Assembly: GCA_038125345.1 (NCBI GenBank)
Contig: JAYPDR010000005.1
Location: 1-33,193, forward strand
Direction of reading: 5' to 3'
DNA from: Marinoscillum sp.
GTDB taxonomy: Bacteria > Bacteroidota > Bacteroidia > Cytophagales > MED-G16
Length of the DNA: 33,193 bases
This document shows, piece after piece, positions 8,378-16,748 of this stretch; positions within the stretch are counted from its first letter, which is position 1; every line of letters starts with the position of its first letter. The translations under genes and the position numbers were made by a program. The notes under the pieces are model-generated. The model was not told where the DNA came from, ran no database searches, and saw only the letters and a program-made list of their open reading frames with translations.

Positions 8378-9679
8378 CTAAAAGAGAATATTTTGTTGCC
8401 CTATTTTTTTTTGTAGCCAAATTTCTCTGTATTTTCCGTCTTTATCATACATCTCTGCTTGTCTATTAGGATTGAAAATCCAATTTTTGACATTATTGCC
8501 TACCCCTGAAATATACATCCAGTTACACCAGTTGCTTGTAGTATCATAATCAATTAAATGTTTTTCAAAAAATGCTGCACCCCATACCCAGTTAATATCT
8601 AAATTATTTACTAAATAACTAGCTACATTTTGCCTTCCTCTATTGCTCATAAATCCAGTTTGTATTAGCTCTTTCATATTTGCATCTATGAAATCTTCTC
8701 CCGTTTTACCAGTTGACCATTTCTCAAATTTTTCTAGATTAGAATGAAAATTTTTTTTAAAAATATTTCCATTGATTCCATTTTTAAAAAATATTTTTTT
8801 ACCTCCTTTTTTATAGACATATCTAAAAAATTCTCTCCATAATAATTCAAATATGAGCCAATAAGTAGATTCATTTTTAGTAACATTCTCCTCATATTTT
8901 TTAATCTCATGATAAATTTTTACTGGAGATAAAGACCCTAAAGCCAAATAGGATGAGAATTTAGATGAATATTCTGTTCCAATAAGTCCATTTCTTGTCT
9001 CTTTATACCTACTAATACCGTGAGATCCCCACAAGTAATCATTTAACCTTTCTTCTCCGTAACTTTCTCCACCTAAAAATGGAAAGTTTGAAAATTTATG
9101 ATTCTCAACTTTATCAATTTCAATAGTTGATTCCATAGAAAAGTTATAATTAATGGATTGTTTTTTGAAATTGACATTTCTTACAACATCTCTTATTTTA
9201 GAAAATTTTTCAACTTTTTTTCTGAAATGAGTAAATATAAGAGGCAGCTCATTTATTTGGTATGGAAGATCTTCTTCATTAATTAAATTTTGATCGTCAG
9301 ATAATATTAATTTAAAATTATTTTTTTCTAGATTCTTTTCATTGCTCTGTTCATACCAACCAACTTCTCTGGTTCCGTATATAATTTCTGATCCGTATTT
9401 TATCTTAATTTCATTAAAAATTTCAATCAGATCTCCTTCTAGGATATAAAGCGTTTGATTTTCTTTCTTAAGGTTTGCTTTTAAATCTAAAATGGTTTCA
9501 TCTAAAAATTTTTTTCTATACACTCCCATTGAACCTAATTTTAATTTATTAGGATTATATATATTATAATTTTTAATATAAATACATAACACCTCATCAT
9601 TCTCTTCAAATACTCTTTTGAGAGAAGGGTTATCCTTTATTCTCAGGTTATTTCTAAACCAATAAATGGCCTTTTTCAT
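8378..9679 (-). CDS. DASH-family cryptochrome
   Basis: WFRNNLRIKDN, FTHFRKKVE, YKETRNGLIGTEYSSKFS.YLA.G.LSP, WLIFELLWREFF, GFMSNRGRQNVAS. Confidence 0.93.
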   Translation of the reverse strand: MKKAIYWFRNNLRIKDNPSLKRVFEENDEVLCIYIKNYNIYNPNKLKLGSMGVYRKKFLDETILDLKANLKKENQTLYILEGDLIEIFNEIKIKYGSEIIYGTREVGWYEQSNEKNLEKNNFKLILSDDQNLINEEDLPYQINELPLIFTHFRKKVEKFSKIRDVVRNVNFKKQSINYNFSMESTIEIDKVENHKFSNFPFLGGESYGEERLNDYLWGSHGISRYKETRNGLIGTEYSSKFSSYLALGSLSPVKIYHEIKKYEENVTKNESTYWLIFELLWREFFRYVYKKGGKKIFFKNGINGNIFKKNFHSNLEKFEKWSTGKTGEDFIDANMKELIQTGFMSNRGRQNVASYLVNNLDINWVWGAAFFEKHLIDYDTTSNWCNWMYISGVGNNVKNWIFNPNRQAEMYDKDGKYREIWLQKKIGQQNILF

Positions 9680-11151
9680 GATAATTTTTTTAAATAGTTA
9701 TCTGCTGTTTTCATATACAATTCTTTTTTTGATTCCTCCATTTTATCATAGGTGTTTAATAACATCCTCATTCTTGGATTTTTTGAAAAGAATTGTTTTT
9801 GTTTATATAAAAACCTCCAAAATAGAGAATCCCAAATCAAATTCCATTCTCCTTTCTTATAGTTACTCATTTTCATTATATAACTACTTCCACTAATATA
9901 AGGTTTGGTTGACATCAAACCACCATCAGCAAACTGACTCATTCCATAAACATTTGGTACCATAACCCAGTCATAAGAGTCAATAAATAATTCCATAAAC
10001 CACTTATAAACATGATTTGGATCAATTTCACAAAGAAGCATGAAATTACCAATAATCATCAACCTCTCTATATGATGACAATATGCTGATTTTTTAATTT
10101 TCAAAATTGTATCATCAACTGGTTTTATTCCTGTATTTCCCGTATAAAAAGATTTAGGAATTTTTCTTTGGAATCCCCAAAAGTTCCTTGTTCTTTCAAA
10201 ACATCCCTTAGCTAAATAAATACCTCTTATAAATTCTCTCCAACCTATTATCTGTCTAATAAATCCCTCAAATGAGTTAATTGGAATTTGATGTTCTCTA
10301 TAATATTTATTTGCTTTATCAATTATTAATTTTGGAGAAAGAAGTCCAGAATTAAGTAGAGGTGATAGTAAGCTATGGTTTAAAAATATTTTATTATTTA
10401 AGATAGCATCTTCATAAGGTCCAAATTCTTTGAATCTATGATTGAGAAAATCAATTAACCAATTCTCAGCTTGAATATAATTTGTTGGGTAAATTATATT
10501 TTTATTAATCTCACCATAATTATTTTTAAAGTTTTTTTCAATGTAAGAAATAGACTCAGAATAGATTCTGTCTTCAAGAGGAAAAATTATATCTGGAGGT
10601 AATTTTCCAGAAGGATACTTCTTCCTATTCTCATCATCGAAAGTCCATTTACCTCCAGTAGGGGAGTCATTATCTATTAAAATATTTAGTTTTTTTCTTT
10701 GATCTTTATAAAATGAAGTCTGAAAAAATTTTGATTTTTCTTTCTTAAAAAAAATGTCTAAGCTTTCTCTTGAATTTAGAAAGGATTCATTTTCATATGA
10801 TATTAAGGATATCTTTTTATTTAAGATAAATGAATTTATTCTTCTTTCTAATAAATAATCATTAGGATCTATTACATGAATTTTATTAATATCTGAAGAT
10901 AAGTTATCTATGAATAACCTGATATCTGAAATTTGTTTTGAACTTTCTATATAGGTAACTTTATTTTCTTTATCAATTAAAAATTTTTCGTAATTTTTCA
11001 TTGAAGCTCTTTGGAAAATTAATTTTTGTTTATGAAAATTATATTGTTTAAAAAAAAGAAATTCTTCAATTAAAAACAGATGCAAACCTTTATTTAAGAG
11101 AGGACTCTCTTTGAATAATTGGTTAGGAAGAATAATTCCAATTTCTTTCAT
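9676..11151 (-). CDS. Cryptochrome/photolyase of the bacterial (6-4) photolyase / FeS-BCP (CryPro, COG3046) class
   Basis: PNQLF, HKQKL, GGKWTFDDENRK, FGPYEDA, EGFIRQIIGWREF, HHIERLM, DSYDWVMVPNVYGM, KPYISGSSYI.KMS. Confidence 0.92.
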   Translation of the reverse strand: MKEIGIILPNQLFKESPLLNKGLHLFLIEEFLFFKQYNFHKQKLIFQRASMKNYEKFLIDKENKVTYIESSKQISDIRLFIDNLSSDINKIHVIDPNDYLLERRINSFILNKKISLISYENESFLNSRESLDIFFKKEKSKFFQTSFYKDQRKKLNILIDNDSPTGGKWTFDDENRKKYPSGKLPPDIIFPLEDRIYSESISYIEKNFKNNYGEINKNIIYPTNYIQAENWLIDFLNHRFKEFGPYEDAILNNKIFLNHSLLSPLLNSGLLSPKLIIDKANKYYREHQIPINSFEGFIRQIIGWREFIRGIYLAKGCFERTRNFWGFQRKIPKSFYTGNTGIKPVDDTILKIKKSAYCHHIERLMIIGNFMLLCEIDPNHVYKWFMELFIDSYDWVMVPNVYGMSQFADGGLMSTKPYISGSSYIMKMSNYKKGEWNLIWDSLFWRFLYKQKQFFSKNPRMRMLLNTYDKMEESKKELYMKTADNYLKKLS

Positions 11152-11276
11152 TTATTTCCTCTGCATCTTTTTGAACAATATTTTACTTCTTCCCAACAAT
11201 CTCTCCATTTTTTCCTGTAGGAAAATGGTCTTTTGCATACTGTACAAATCTTATCTGGAATTTTTATCTTGACCAT
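11148..11276 (-). CDS. DUF2256 zinc-finger small protein
   Basis: Not in the ORF track. MVKIKIPDKICTVCKRPFSYRKKWRDCWEEVKYCSKRCRGNK* has the P.K.C..C.RPF..RKKW...W..VKYCS.RC signature; ATGA overlap with the photolyase gene. Confidence 0.9.
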   Translation of the reverse strand: MVKIKIPDKICTVCKRPFSYRKKWRDCWEEVKYCSKRCRGNK

Positions 11277-11902
11277 TTTAAAGGCAGTTTGTCTCTTCTA
11301 GCGTAAGGATATTTTGCTAATTTTTTTGTCGAATAATAAGTGTCTAACCCACTTATACATACGGTACCTGTCTTCTCAAAGTCAATTGATCCATCATCAG
11401 ATATGATATTTTTCTTTAAAATAATTTTTATTATTTCTCCTACTAAAAGAATAGTATTATTGCTAAATATTTTAATCTCCTCTTTAAATTCTAAAGCAAT
11501 TTTAATTTCACTTTCTTTCACAAATGGTATTGGAAAGCCATCGATATATTCACTGTCAATATTACATTTTTCAAACTCTGATTCATCAATTTTAAACTTA
11601 GCAGAGGTCATGTGAGATCTCTCAATCATTTTATCATTTACACTATTAATTGTATAAAGTTTAGAACTCATTATGTTAGAATAAGTATGCCTTGGAATTG
11701 TATTTGGTCTTGTAATTATTCCTAAAAGAGGGGGATTGGAACCTAGATGAACTAAAGAACTAAAAATTGCTAAATTTTCTGTTTTATCTTGAGAAATTGT
11801 TCCAACCAGGTTTCCTGGTTTATATCCTGTGATGCTATTAATTAAATTAAGTCTGGAAATTTTATTAAGATTTTTAATATCTTCTCTAGTAATATATTTC
11901 AA
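11264..11902 (-). CDS. Flavin reductase-like (DIM6/NTAB) protein
   Basis: RLNLINSITGYK..NLVGT, NLAIFSS.VHLGSNPPLLG...RP, RHTY.NI, SGLDTYY. Confidence 0.88.
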   Translation of the reverse strand: MKYITREDIKNLNKISRLNLINSITGYKPGNLVGTISQDKTENLAIFSSLVHLGSNPPLLGIITRPNTIPRHTYSNIMSSKLYTINSVNDKMIERSHMTSAKFKIDESEFEKCNIDSEYIDGFPIPFVKESEIKIALEFKEEIKIFSNNTILLVGEIIKIILKKNIISDDGSIDFEKTGTVCISGLDTYYSTKKLAKYPYARRDKLPLKWSR

Positions 11903-11905
11903 AAC

Positions 11906-12592
11906 TTAAATTTTTAGTGTTGACATACCACCATCTACATTAATTATTTGTCCAGTAATACTTTTTGATTTTTCAGAAAGTAAAAAATTAGCCATCTCAG
12001 AAATATCCTCTGGCTCACAGATTTTCTTGAGAGGGTGTTTAGAAGCTATATTTTCTTCAATTTTTTCATTTCTTAAAATTTTTTGAGCCATTTCAGTTCT
12101 TGTAATTGTTGGAGCTATACAATTTACTCTGATGATAGGAGCTAATTCAGCAGCAAGAGATTTTGTTAATCCTTCAATTCCAGCTTTAGCTACAGAAATT
12201 GATGAGTGAAAGGGCATTCCTTGAGTCACAGCTACGGTACTAAAGAACAGGATTGAGGGAAAATTATCTTTATTAATATTCTTCAAATATGTTTGAATAC
12301 ATTTTACTGCTCCTAATACATTAATCTTAAAATCATTTATAAAGTCTTCTTCTTTAAGTTGAAGTATTGGTTTTAAAGTTATTGATCCTGGACAATAAAC
12401 TATAGAGTCTATCATGCCAACATCAGGCAGTTCATCAGAAATAACATCACCTTTTATATATGAGAGATTAGAGTGATTTAGATCTAACGGAGTTCTTGAT
12501 AAATTAATGCAATAACTGCCAAGCTCAAGTTGAGACTCAATAATTTTTTTCCCAATTCCTTTACTACCACCAATTACTAGGAGTTTTCTCAT
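11906..12592 (-). CDS. SDR family oxidoreductase
   Basis: GGSKGIG, YCPGSITLKP, FSTVA, AKAGIEGL.KSLAAE, TGQIINVDGG. Confidence 0.92.
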   Translation of the reverse strand: MRKLLVIGGSKGIGKKIIESQLELGSYCINLSRTPLDLNHSNLSYIKGDVISDELPDVGMIDSIVYCPGSITLKPILQLKEEDFINDFKINVLGAVKCIQTYLKNINKDNFPSILFFSTVAVTQGMPFHSSISVAKAGIEGLTKSLAAELAPIIRVNCIAPTITRTEMAQKILRNEKIEENIASKHPLKKICEPEDISEMANFLLSEKSKSITGQIINVDGGMSTLKI

Positions 12593-13062
12593 TCACTAAA
12601 AATTTTACTTAATTGATTTTTTCTGTACTCAAAAATTTTATTTAATTGGAACTTAATTAGGTGGCTTCCAAAAATACGTCCAATAATTCCAAGTGGTAGT
12701 TTATATTTTACAATATCATAAGCTATAACCCCGTTATCAGACTTCTCAAAAATGTGATTATGCTCCCAAATTGTAAAAGGTCCTTTTTCTTGGGTGTCAG
12801 TGAATGAATATGGCTCTTCAACTTGTGTGATTTTTGTTGTCCAACTAACTCTAAAAAAAGGGAAAGGAGAAACTCTATATTTTATGAGCTGACCTTCATA
12901 CATTTTATTGAAATCAGTTAAAATATTAAAATTCATATGATCTGGAGTAATTTTTTTTAAATTTTTTGGATTTGAGAAAAAACTCCAGCTATCCTTTATA
13001 GATATAGGAAGACTTTGATTCGCTCTCAGCTCGTAAATACCTTGACCAATATATTTTATCAT
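12589..13062 (-). CDS. SRPBCC-family (COG4276-like) protein
   Basis: WSFFSNPKNL..ITP, W.T.IT.V, F.D.Q..GPF..WEH.H.F, Y.LPLG, IF.YR. Confidence 0.88.
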   Translation of the reverse strand: MIKYIGQGIYELRANQSLPISIKDSWSFFSNPKNLKKITPDHMNFNILTDFNKMYEGQLIKYRVSPFPFFRVSWTTKITQVEEPYSFTDTQEKGPFTIWEHNHIFEKSDNGVIAYDIVKYKLPLGIIGRIFGSHLIKFQLNKIFEYRKNQLSKIFSE

Positions 13063-13868
13063 TTAGAGTTAATTAGTTTAATGCTATCTCTATTTTTTTT
13101 GTAATAATTTTTTACAATTATAGTCTCATCTTTAGTTGTATAATCTAACTTTCTTAGATGAGTATTTATGAAAAATGGATCATTAGTATATCCATATCCT
13201 TCAATAGTACCATTATCAACGGATACAAAAGGATAAGGTTTTTGGTGTTTTTTGTCTACTATTAAAAATTTATTTTTAGGAAATATCATATCCTCTTCCA
13301 TTTTTTTGAATCTTAAATTGTAATCGTAAAAGCTTTCTTCACAATAGCATGAGTGAGTATTATGTTTTGATGTTATTGCATAACAACAGTGTTTCTGTAA
13401 GTGAATAGAATTAAGTTTTTTGCATAATTCATATTTTTCAGAAATATAATTTATAAATGACTTTGCTTTTTTGATTGATTGAAAACTACTTAATGAATTA
13501 TTTTTTTCTTTTGAAATATTTAAAACTGAAAATCCATTTTCATCTTTTGAAATATTTACTGAAATATTCTCTCTTTTTTTTCTTAGTTTTCTATTAAAAA
13601 TTGGATTGTTTCTTTTTATCTCCTGAGATTCAATTAGCAGTGCAATGAGCTCACTTTTCGTTTCAAGAAATCTTATATGATCATATCTAGATTTTAATTT
13701 TAATGATTTATTTTTTTTAGAATTTAAATGTTGTCTTATTCTTTTATTAAGATTAATACTTTTTCCTATGTAGATAGGAAAGTTTCTAAAGTCCATAAAA
13801 AAATAAATACCTGTTTTTTCAGGTATTTCTTTTAAATCATAAATTTTTTTAGATAATATTAAATTCAT
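13059..13868 (-). CDS. GIY-YIG nuclease (UvrC N-terminal/Cho-like), without DEDDh domain
   Basis: IPEKTGIYFF...PIYIGKSINL.KRIRQH...ELIALLIESQEIK...P.FN. Start is either 13868 or 13895. Confidence 0.8.
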   Translation of the reverse strand: MNLILSKKIYDLKEIPEKTGIYFFMDFRNFPIYIGKSINLNKRIRQHLNSKKNKSLKLKSRYDHIRFLETKSELIALLIESQEIKRNNPIFNRKLRKKRENISVNISKDENGFSVLNISKEKNNSLSSFQSIKKAKSFINYISEKYELCKKLNSIHLQKHCCYAITSKHNTHSCYCEESFYDYNLRFKKMEEDMIFPKNKFLIVDKKHQKPYPFVSVDNGTIEGYGYTNDPFFINTHLRKLDYTTKDETIIVKNYYKKNRDSIKLINSK

Positions 13869-13903
13869 AAAATTTAAAAACGAAAAAGAATTCATTTAGT
13901 TAG

Positions 13904-14845
13904 ATGGTCGCAAAGCAAGCTTTTTTCTTGATTACTACTCTAGGAGGGTTAGTTTTTTTAACTTTTGGAACTAATATTTTTAATACATCATTTACCGAAG
14001 ATCAGATGAGCGCTTTATTGACTATGACGAAATTATATATTGGATCATCGGTTTATTGTTTTGTAGTGAGTGAATTAGCAAGGAATTATAGTCAAGTAGA
14101 TAAATTTTGGAGTAATATACCTATCATATATGTGTGGTACTTTGCTTACTCTTCCGGCTTTAATGATAGAATGGTTATGATGGCTGTTCTAGTAACTTTT
14201 TGGGGGTTGAGACTCACATACAATTTTGCTAGAAGAGGTGGTTTTAGCATTTACTTTTGGAGAGGTGAGGAAGATTATAGATGGGTAGAAGTAAAAAAAG
14301 CTATTCCATTTCTATCTTCAAGATTAACATGGGGTATTTTCAATTTATTTTTTATTTGTTTTTATCAAATGGGATTAATCTTTCTTTTCTCTTTACCAAT
14401 ACTTGCAGCTTGGCAAGGATCTGAACCATTTGGTATAATAGATTATTTTTTAGGAGGATTTATGTTTCTTTTGATAATCATTCAGTTTGTTTCTGATCAA
14501 CAACAGTATGATTTTCAGACCGAAAAATACAGAAGAATTGAAAATAAAGAAAAACTAGAAGGTGACTATAAAAGAGGTTTTGTAACTACTGGATTATGGT
14601 CTTTTTCAAGACATCCAAATTTTACTTGTGAACAATTAATTTGGATAACATTTTATTTTATAGGAGCCTCTGCTAACGGTTCATTATTAAATTGGTCTGT
14701 AGTTGGTTGTATTCTTCTAATTGTTTTATTTTTCAATAGTGCTGTATTTAGTGAGGGAATAAGTTCAAGAAAATACCCAGAGTACAAAAAATACCAGGAA
14801 AATCTTCCAATGTTTTTAGGGTTATTCAATAAAAAATGTAAATAG
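13904..14845 (+). CDS. DUF1295 family (steroid 5-alpha-reductase-like) membrane protein
   Basis: NYSQVDKFWS..P, WGLRLTYNFARRGG, EDYRW, DQQQ..F, GLWSFSRHPNF..E, YPEY..YQ. Confidence 0.9.
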   Translation: MVAKQAFFLITTLGGLVFLTFGTNIFNTSFTEDQMSALLTMTKLYIGSSVYCFVVSELARNYSQVDKFWSNIPIIYVWYFAYSSGFNDRMVMMAVLVTFWGLRLTYNFARRGGFSIYFWRGEEDYRWVEVKKAIPFLSSRLTWGIFNLFFICFYQMGLIFLFSLPILAAWQGSEPFGIIDYFLGGFMFLLIIIQFVSDQQQYDFQTEKYRRIENKEKLEGDYKRGFVTTGLWSFSRHPNFTCEQLIWITFYFIGASANGSLLNWSVVGCILLIVLFFNSAVFSEGISSRKYPEYKKYQENLPMFLGLFNKKCK

Positions 14846-15288
14846 TAAAAACTATAATACTCAACTTTAACTCCAGCTTCTTTAAACATCTGTAAACTTC
14901 TTTTAGCAGAATCTTTCCATTTTTGTGATTTTGAGCCGGCATCTTTTTTTGCAATTATTTTTATTATTCCTGCATTAATAATTCCTCTAGCACAGTCAGC
15001 ACATGGTATATCACAAGTTAAATAAATAGTACACTCTTTCGTTGATACTCCAATTCTTGCTGCATTATAAATTGCATTCCTCTCAGCATGTTCAAACCAA
15101 AAATATTTTTCAGGCTTTTCTTGACGTGAATCTTTTTCATCATCTATGCCCCTAGGAAATGAATTATATCCTGTTGACACTATCTCTCTATCTTTACCAA
15201 CTATAACAGCTCCAATTTTGGTGTTAAAATCTTTTGATTTTTCTTTTACCTGTTCTGCAATATTAAAAAAATATTGATTCCAATTCAT
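14653..15288 (-). CDS. dCMP deaminase family protein; core ends near 14850 and the ORF runs on antisense into DUF1295
   Basis: SKD..TKIGAVIV, GYNSFPRG, HAERNAI, PCADCA zinc motif, MFKEAGV. Confidence 0.88.
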   Translation of the reverse strand: MNWNQYFFNIAEQVKEKSKDFNTKIGAVIVGKDREIVSTGYNSFPRGIDDEKDSRQEKPEKYFWFEHAERNAIYNAARIGVSTKECTIYLTCDIPCADCARGIINAGIIKIIAKKDAGSKSQKWKDSAKRSLQMFKEAGVKVEYYSFYYLHFLLNNPKNIGRFSWYFLYSGYFLELIPSLNTALLKNKTIRRIQPTTDQFNNEPLAEAPIK

Positions 15289-15289
15289 T

Positions 15290-16282
15290 TTATAAATACT
15301 TATTGATAAGATTTTTAGTTGCTAAAACACCTTCATGAGGTGATAAAAAATTACCTTTTCTACCAAACCTCTCTAACATAGATCCTTCATATTCAATAGT
15401 TAAATAACCATTATAACTAGATTCTTTTATTAATTGAATCATTTTCGAAAAATCAGTGTTAATTTCTTCTCCGTTATTATCAAACTCATGAGTTTTTGCA
15501 CTAATTCCTTTGGCATAAGGCAATAATTTTTTTACACCTATGTATTTATCGTATTGCTCGGAGCAATTATTAAAGCTGTCAGAATTAAATTCACCTCTAT
15601 CCATGCAAAAATTTGAATTCCCAAAGTCAGGTAGAGTACCTAAAAGTTCATGATTTACATTCTTCATTAAATTTACTACCCAGTCCGCATCTCCAGTTAT
15701 CCCACCATGATTTTCAACAACAATACTTATGTTTCCCTTACTACTATACTCAATAAGTTTTAAGATACTTTCTGAAGCATTGTCAAGAATTTTATTTTTA
15801 TCATTTTCCTCTGATCTTAAATTGATTCTTATTGAATGACATCCTATAGTCTTAGCTATGTCAATCCATTTCTTATGGTAGTCTACAGCTACTTCTCTGT
15901 CACTTTTTAATGATGATGAGAGACTTGGGCCACTTTTCATAGTGCTAAAATCAATATGATCAACCAGTATTAGTAAATTGGAGATTCCAAGGTCGTCTGA
16001 AATATTTTTCAGGTCTTTTAAATAAACTTTATCATTTTCTTTTTGAGCTAATGATAAAGACCAGTACTCTGCACCATCTAACCCATAAGTGTTTTTAACT
16101 ATTCCAGGGAATTCATGAAGATCAAACTCTCTTCTCATAAGCTGTGAGGCTAATGAATATACTTGAAGTGCAATTTTTAAATTATTCTCTTGTATATAAT
16201 TTCCATATATATTATTATTAATCAAAGCTAAGGGTAAGGCTTTGGCAGAATTTTTTATAAATTTTCTTCTAGATTGATTCAT
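15290..16282 (-). CDS. Tat-exported sugar phosphate isomerase/epimerase (xylose-isomerase-like TIM barrel)
   Basis: SRRKFIK twin-arginine motif; GCHSIRIN, VENHGG, GTLPDFGN, ISAK, IEYEG. Confidence 0.88.
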   Translation of the reverse strand: MNQSRRKFIKNSAKALPLALINNNIYGNYIQENNLKIALQVYSLASQLMRREFDLHEFPGIVKNTYGLDGAEYWSLSLAQKENDKVYLKDLKNISDDLGISNLLILVDHIDFSTMKSGPSLSSSLKSDREVAVDYHKKWIDIAKTIGCHSIRINLRSEENDKNKILDNASESILKLIEYSSKGNISIVVENHGGITGDADWVVNLMKNVNHELLGTLPDFGNSNFCMDRGEFNSDSFNNCSEQYDKYIGVKKLLPYAKGISAKTHEFDNNGEEINTDFSKMIQLIKESSYNGYLTIEYEGSMLERFGRKGNFLSPHEGVLATKNLINKYL

Positions 16283-16300
16283 TAAGTATTAGGGTTAGTG

Positions 16301-16322
16301 TTTATTTTAAATTTAAAATAAA
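16301..16322. promoter_or_regulatory. Perfect 22-bp palindrome in divergent intergenic region
   Basis: TTTATTTTAAA|TTTAAAATAAA; it is all A/T, so a chance occurrence is possible. Confidence 0.3.
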
Positions 16323-16360
16323 TATTATTTAATATAAGATTAATTAAATATTTTTATAGC

Positions 16361-16654
16361 GTGAATAAAATTGTTTCAATATTTCTTTTTTTAGCCTTAT
16401 TTATTCCAAATATTTTTGAGCTAGTAAATCACCATCATGAAATATGTTCAGAAGATGGGATTCACTATCATGAAAATGTTCATGAATGTGATTATTGTTT
16501 GCATACTGGTTTAAATTTTTCTACATATTTAAACTTTCAAAGTAATTATTATTTTGAAATAACTAATGAAAATATAATTAGTTATGAGTTAGTTCATTTC
16601 AATAAAATTTCATATTCAGAAATTTTTGGTAGAGCCCCACCTGTTAAAATTTAA
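16361..16654 (+). CDS. His/Cys-rich exported leader protein ending in RAPP (DUF2946/CruR-like putative translation-arrest peptide)
   Basis: GTG start; hydrophobic N-terminus, HHHEIC...HYHE.VHECDYCLH, and GRAPP three residues before the stop; upstream of a lipoprotein and a TonB receptor. Confidence 0.8.
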   Translation: MNKIVSIFLFLALFIPNIFELVNHHHEICSEDGIHYHENVHECDYCLHTGLNFSTYLNFQSNYYFEITNENIISYELVHFNKISYSEIFGRAPPVKI

Positions 16655-16690
16655 TCTTAAGAGAATTATAAAATCTTAAATCATTCTTTT

Positions 16691-16717
16691 ATTGACCTTA
16701 TTTAATAAGTCAATTTT
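16691..16717 (+). promoter_or_regulatory. Weak hairpin with short U run between leader and lipoprotein (candidate attenuator element)
   Basis: ATTGAC-C-TTAT-TTA-ATAA-GTCAAT followed by TTT. Confidence 0.35.
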
Positions 16718-16748
16718 AAACTATTACTAATTTTTAAATTTTTAAATA

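Noticed and set aside
7857-11615. Plus-strand ORFs 7857..8039, 9666..9896 and 11340..11615
   Set aside because: Antisense to well-supported minus-strand genes.
13059-13895. GIY-YIG gene as a homing endonuclease or mobile element
   Set aside because: Motifs are of the UvrC/Cho type; no intron, terminal repeats or target duplication visible.
14653-15288. Deaminase as an anti-phage dCTP-depletion (Dcd/AvcD) system or prophage marker
   Set aside because: No fused P-loop kinase domain and no neighbouring defence or phage genes.
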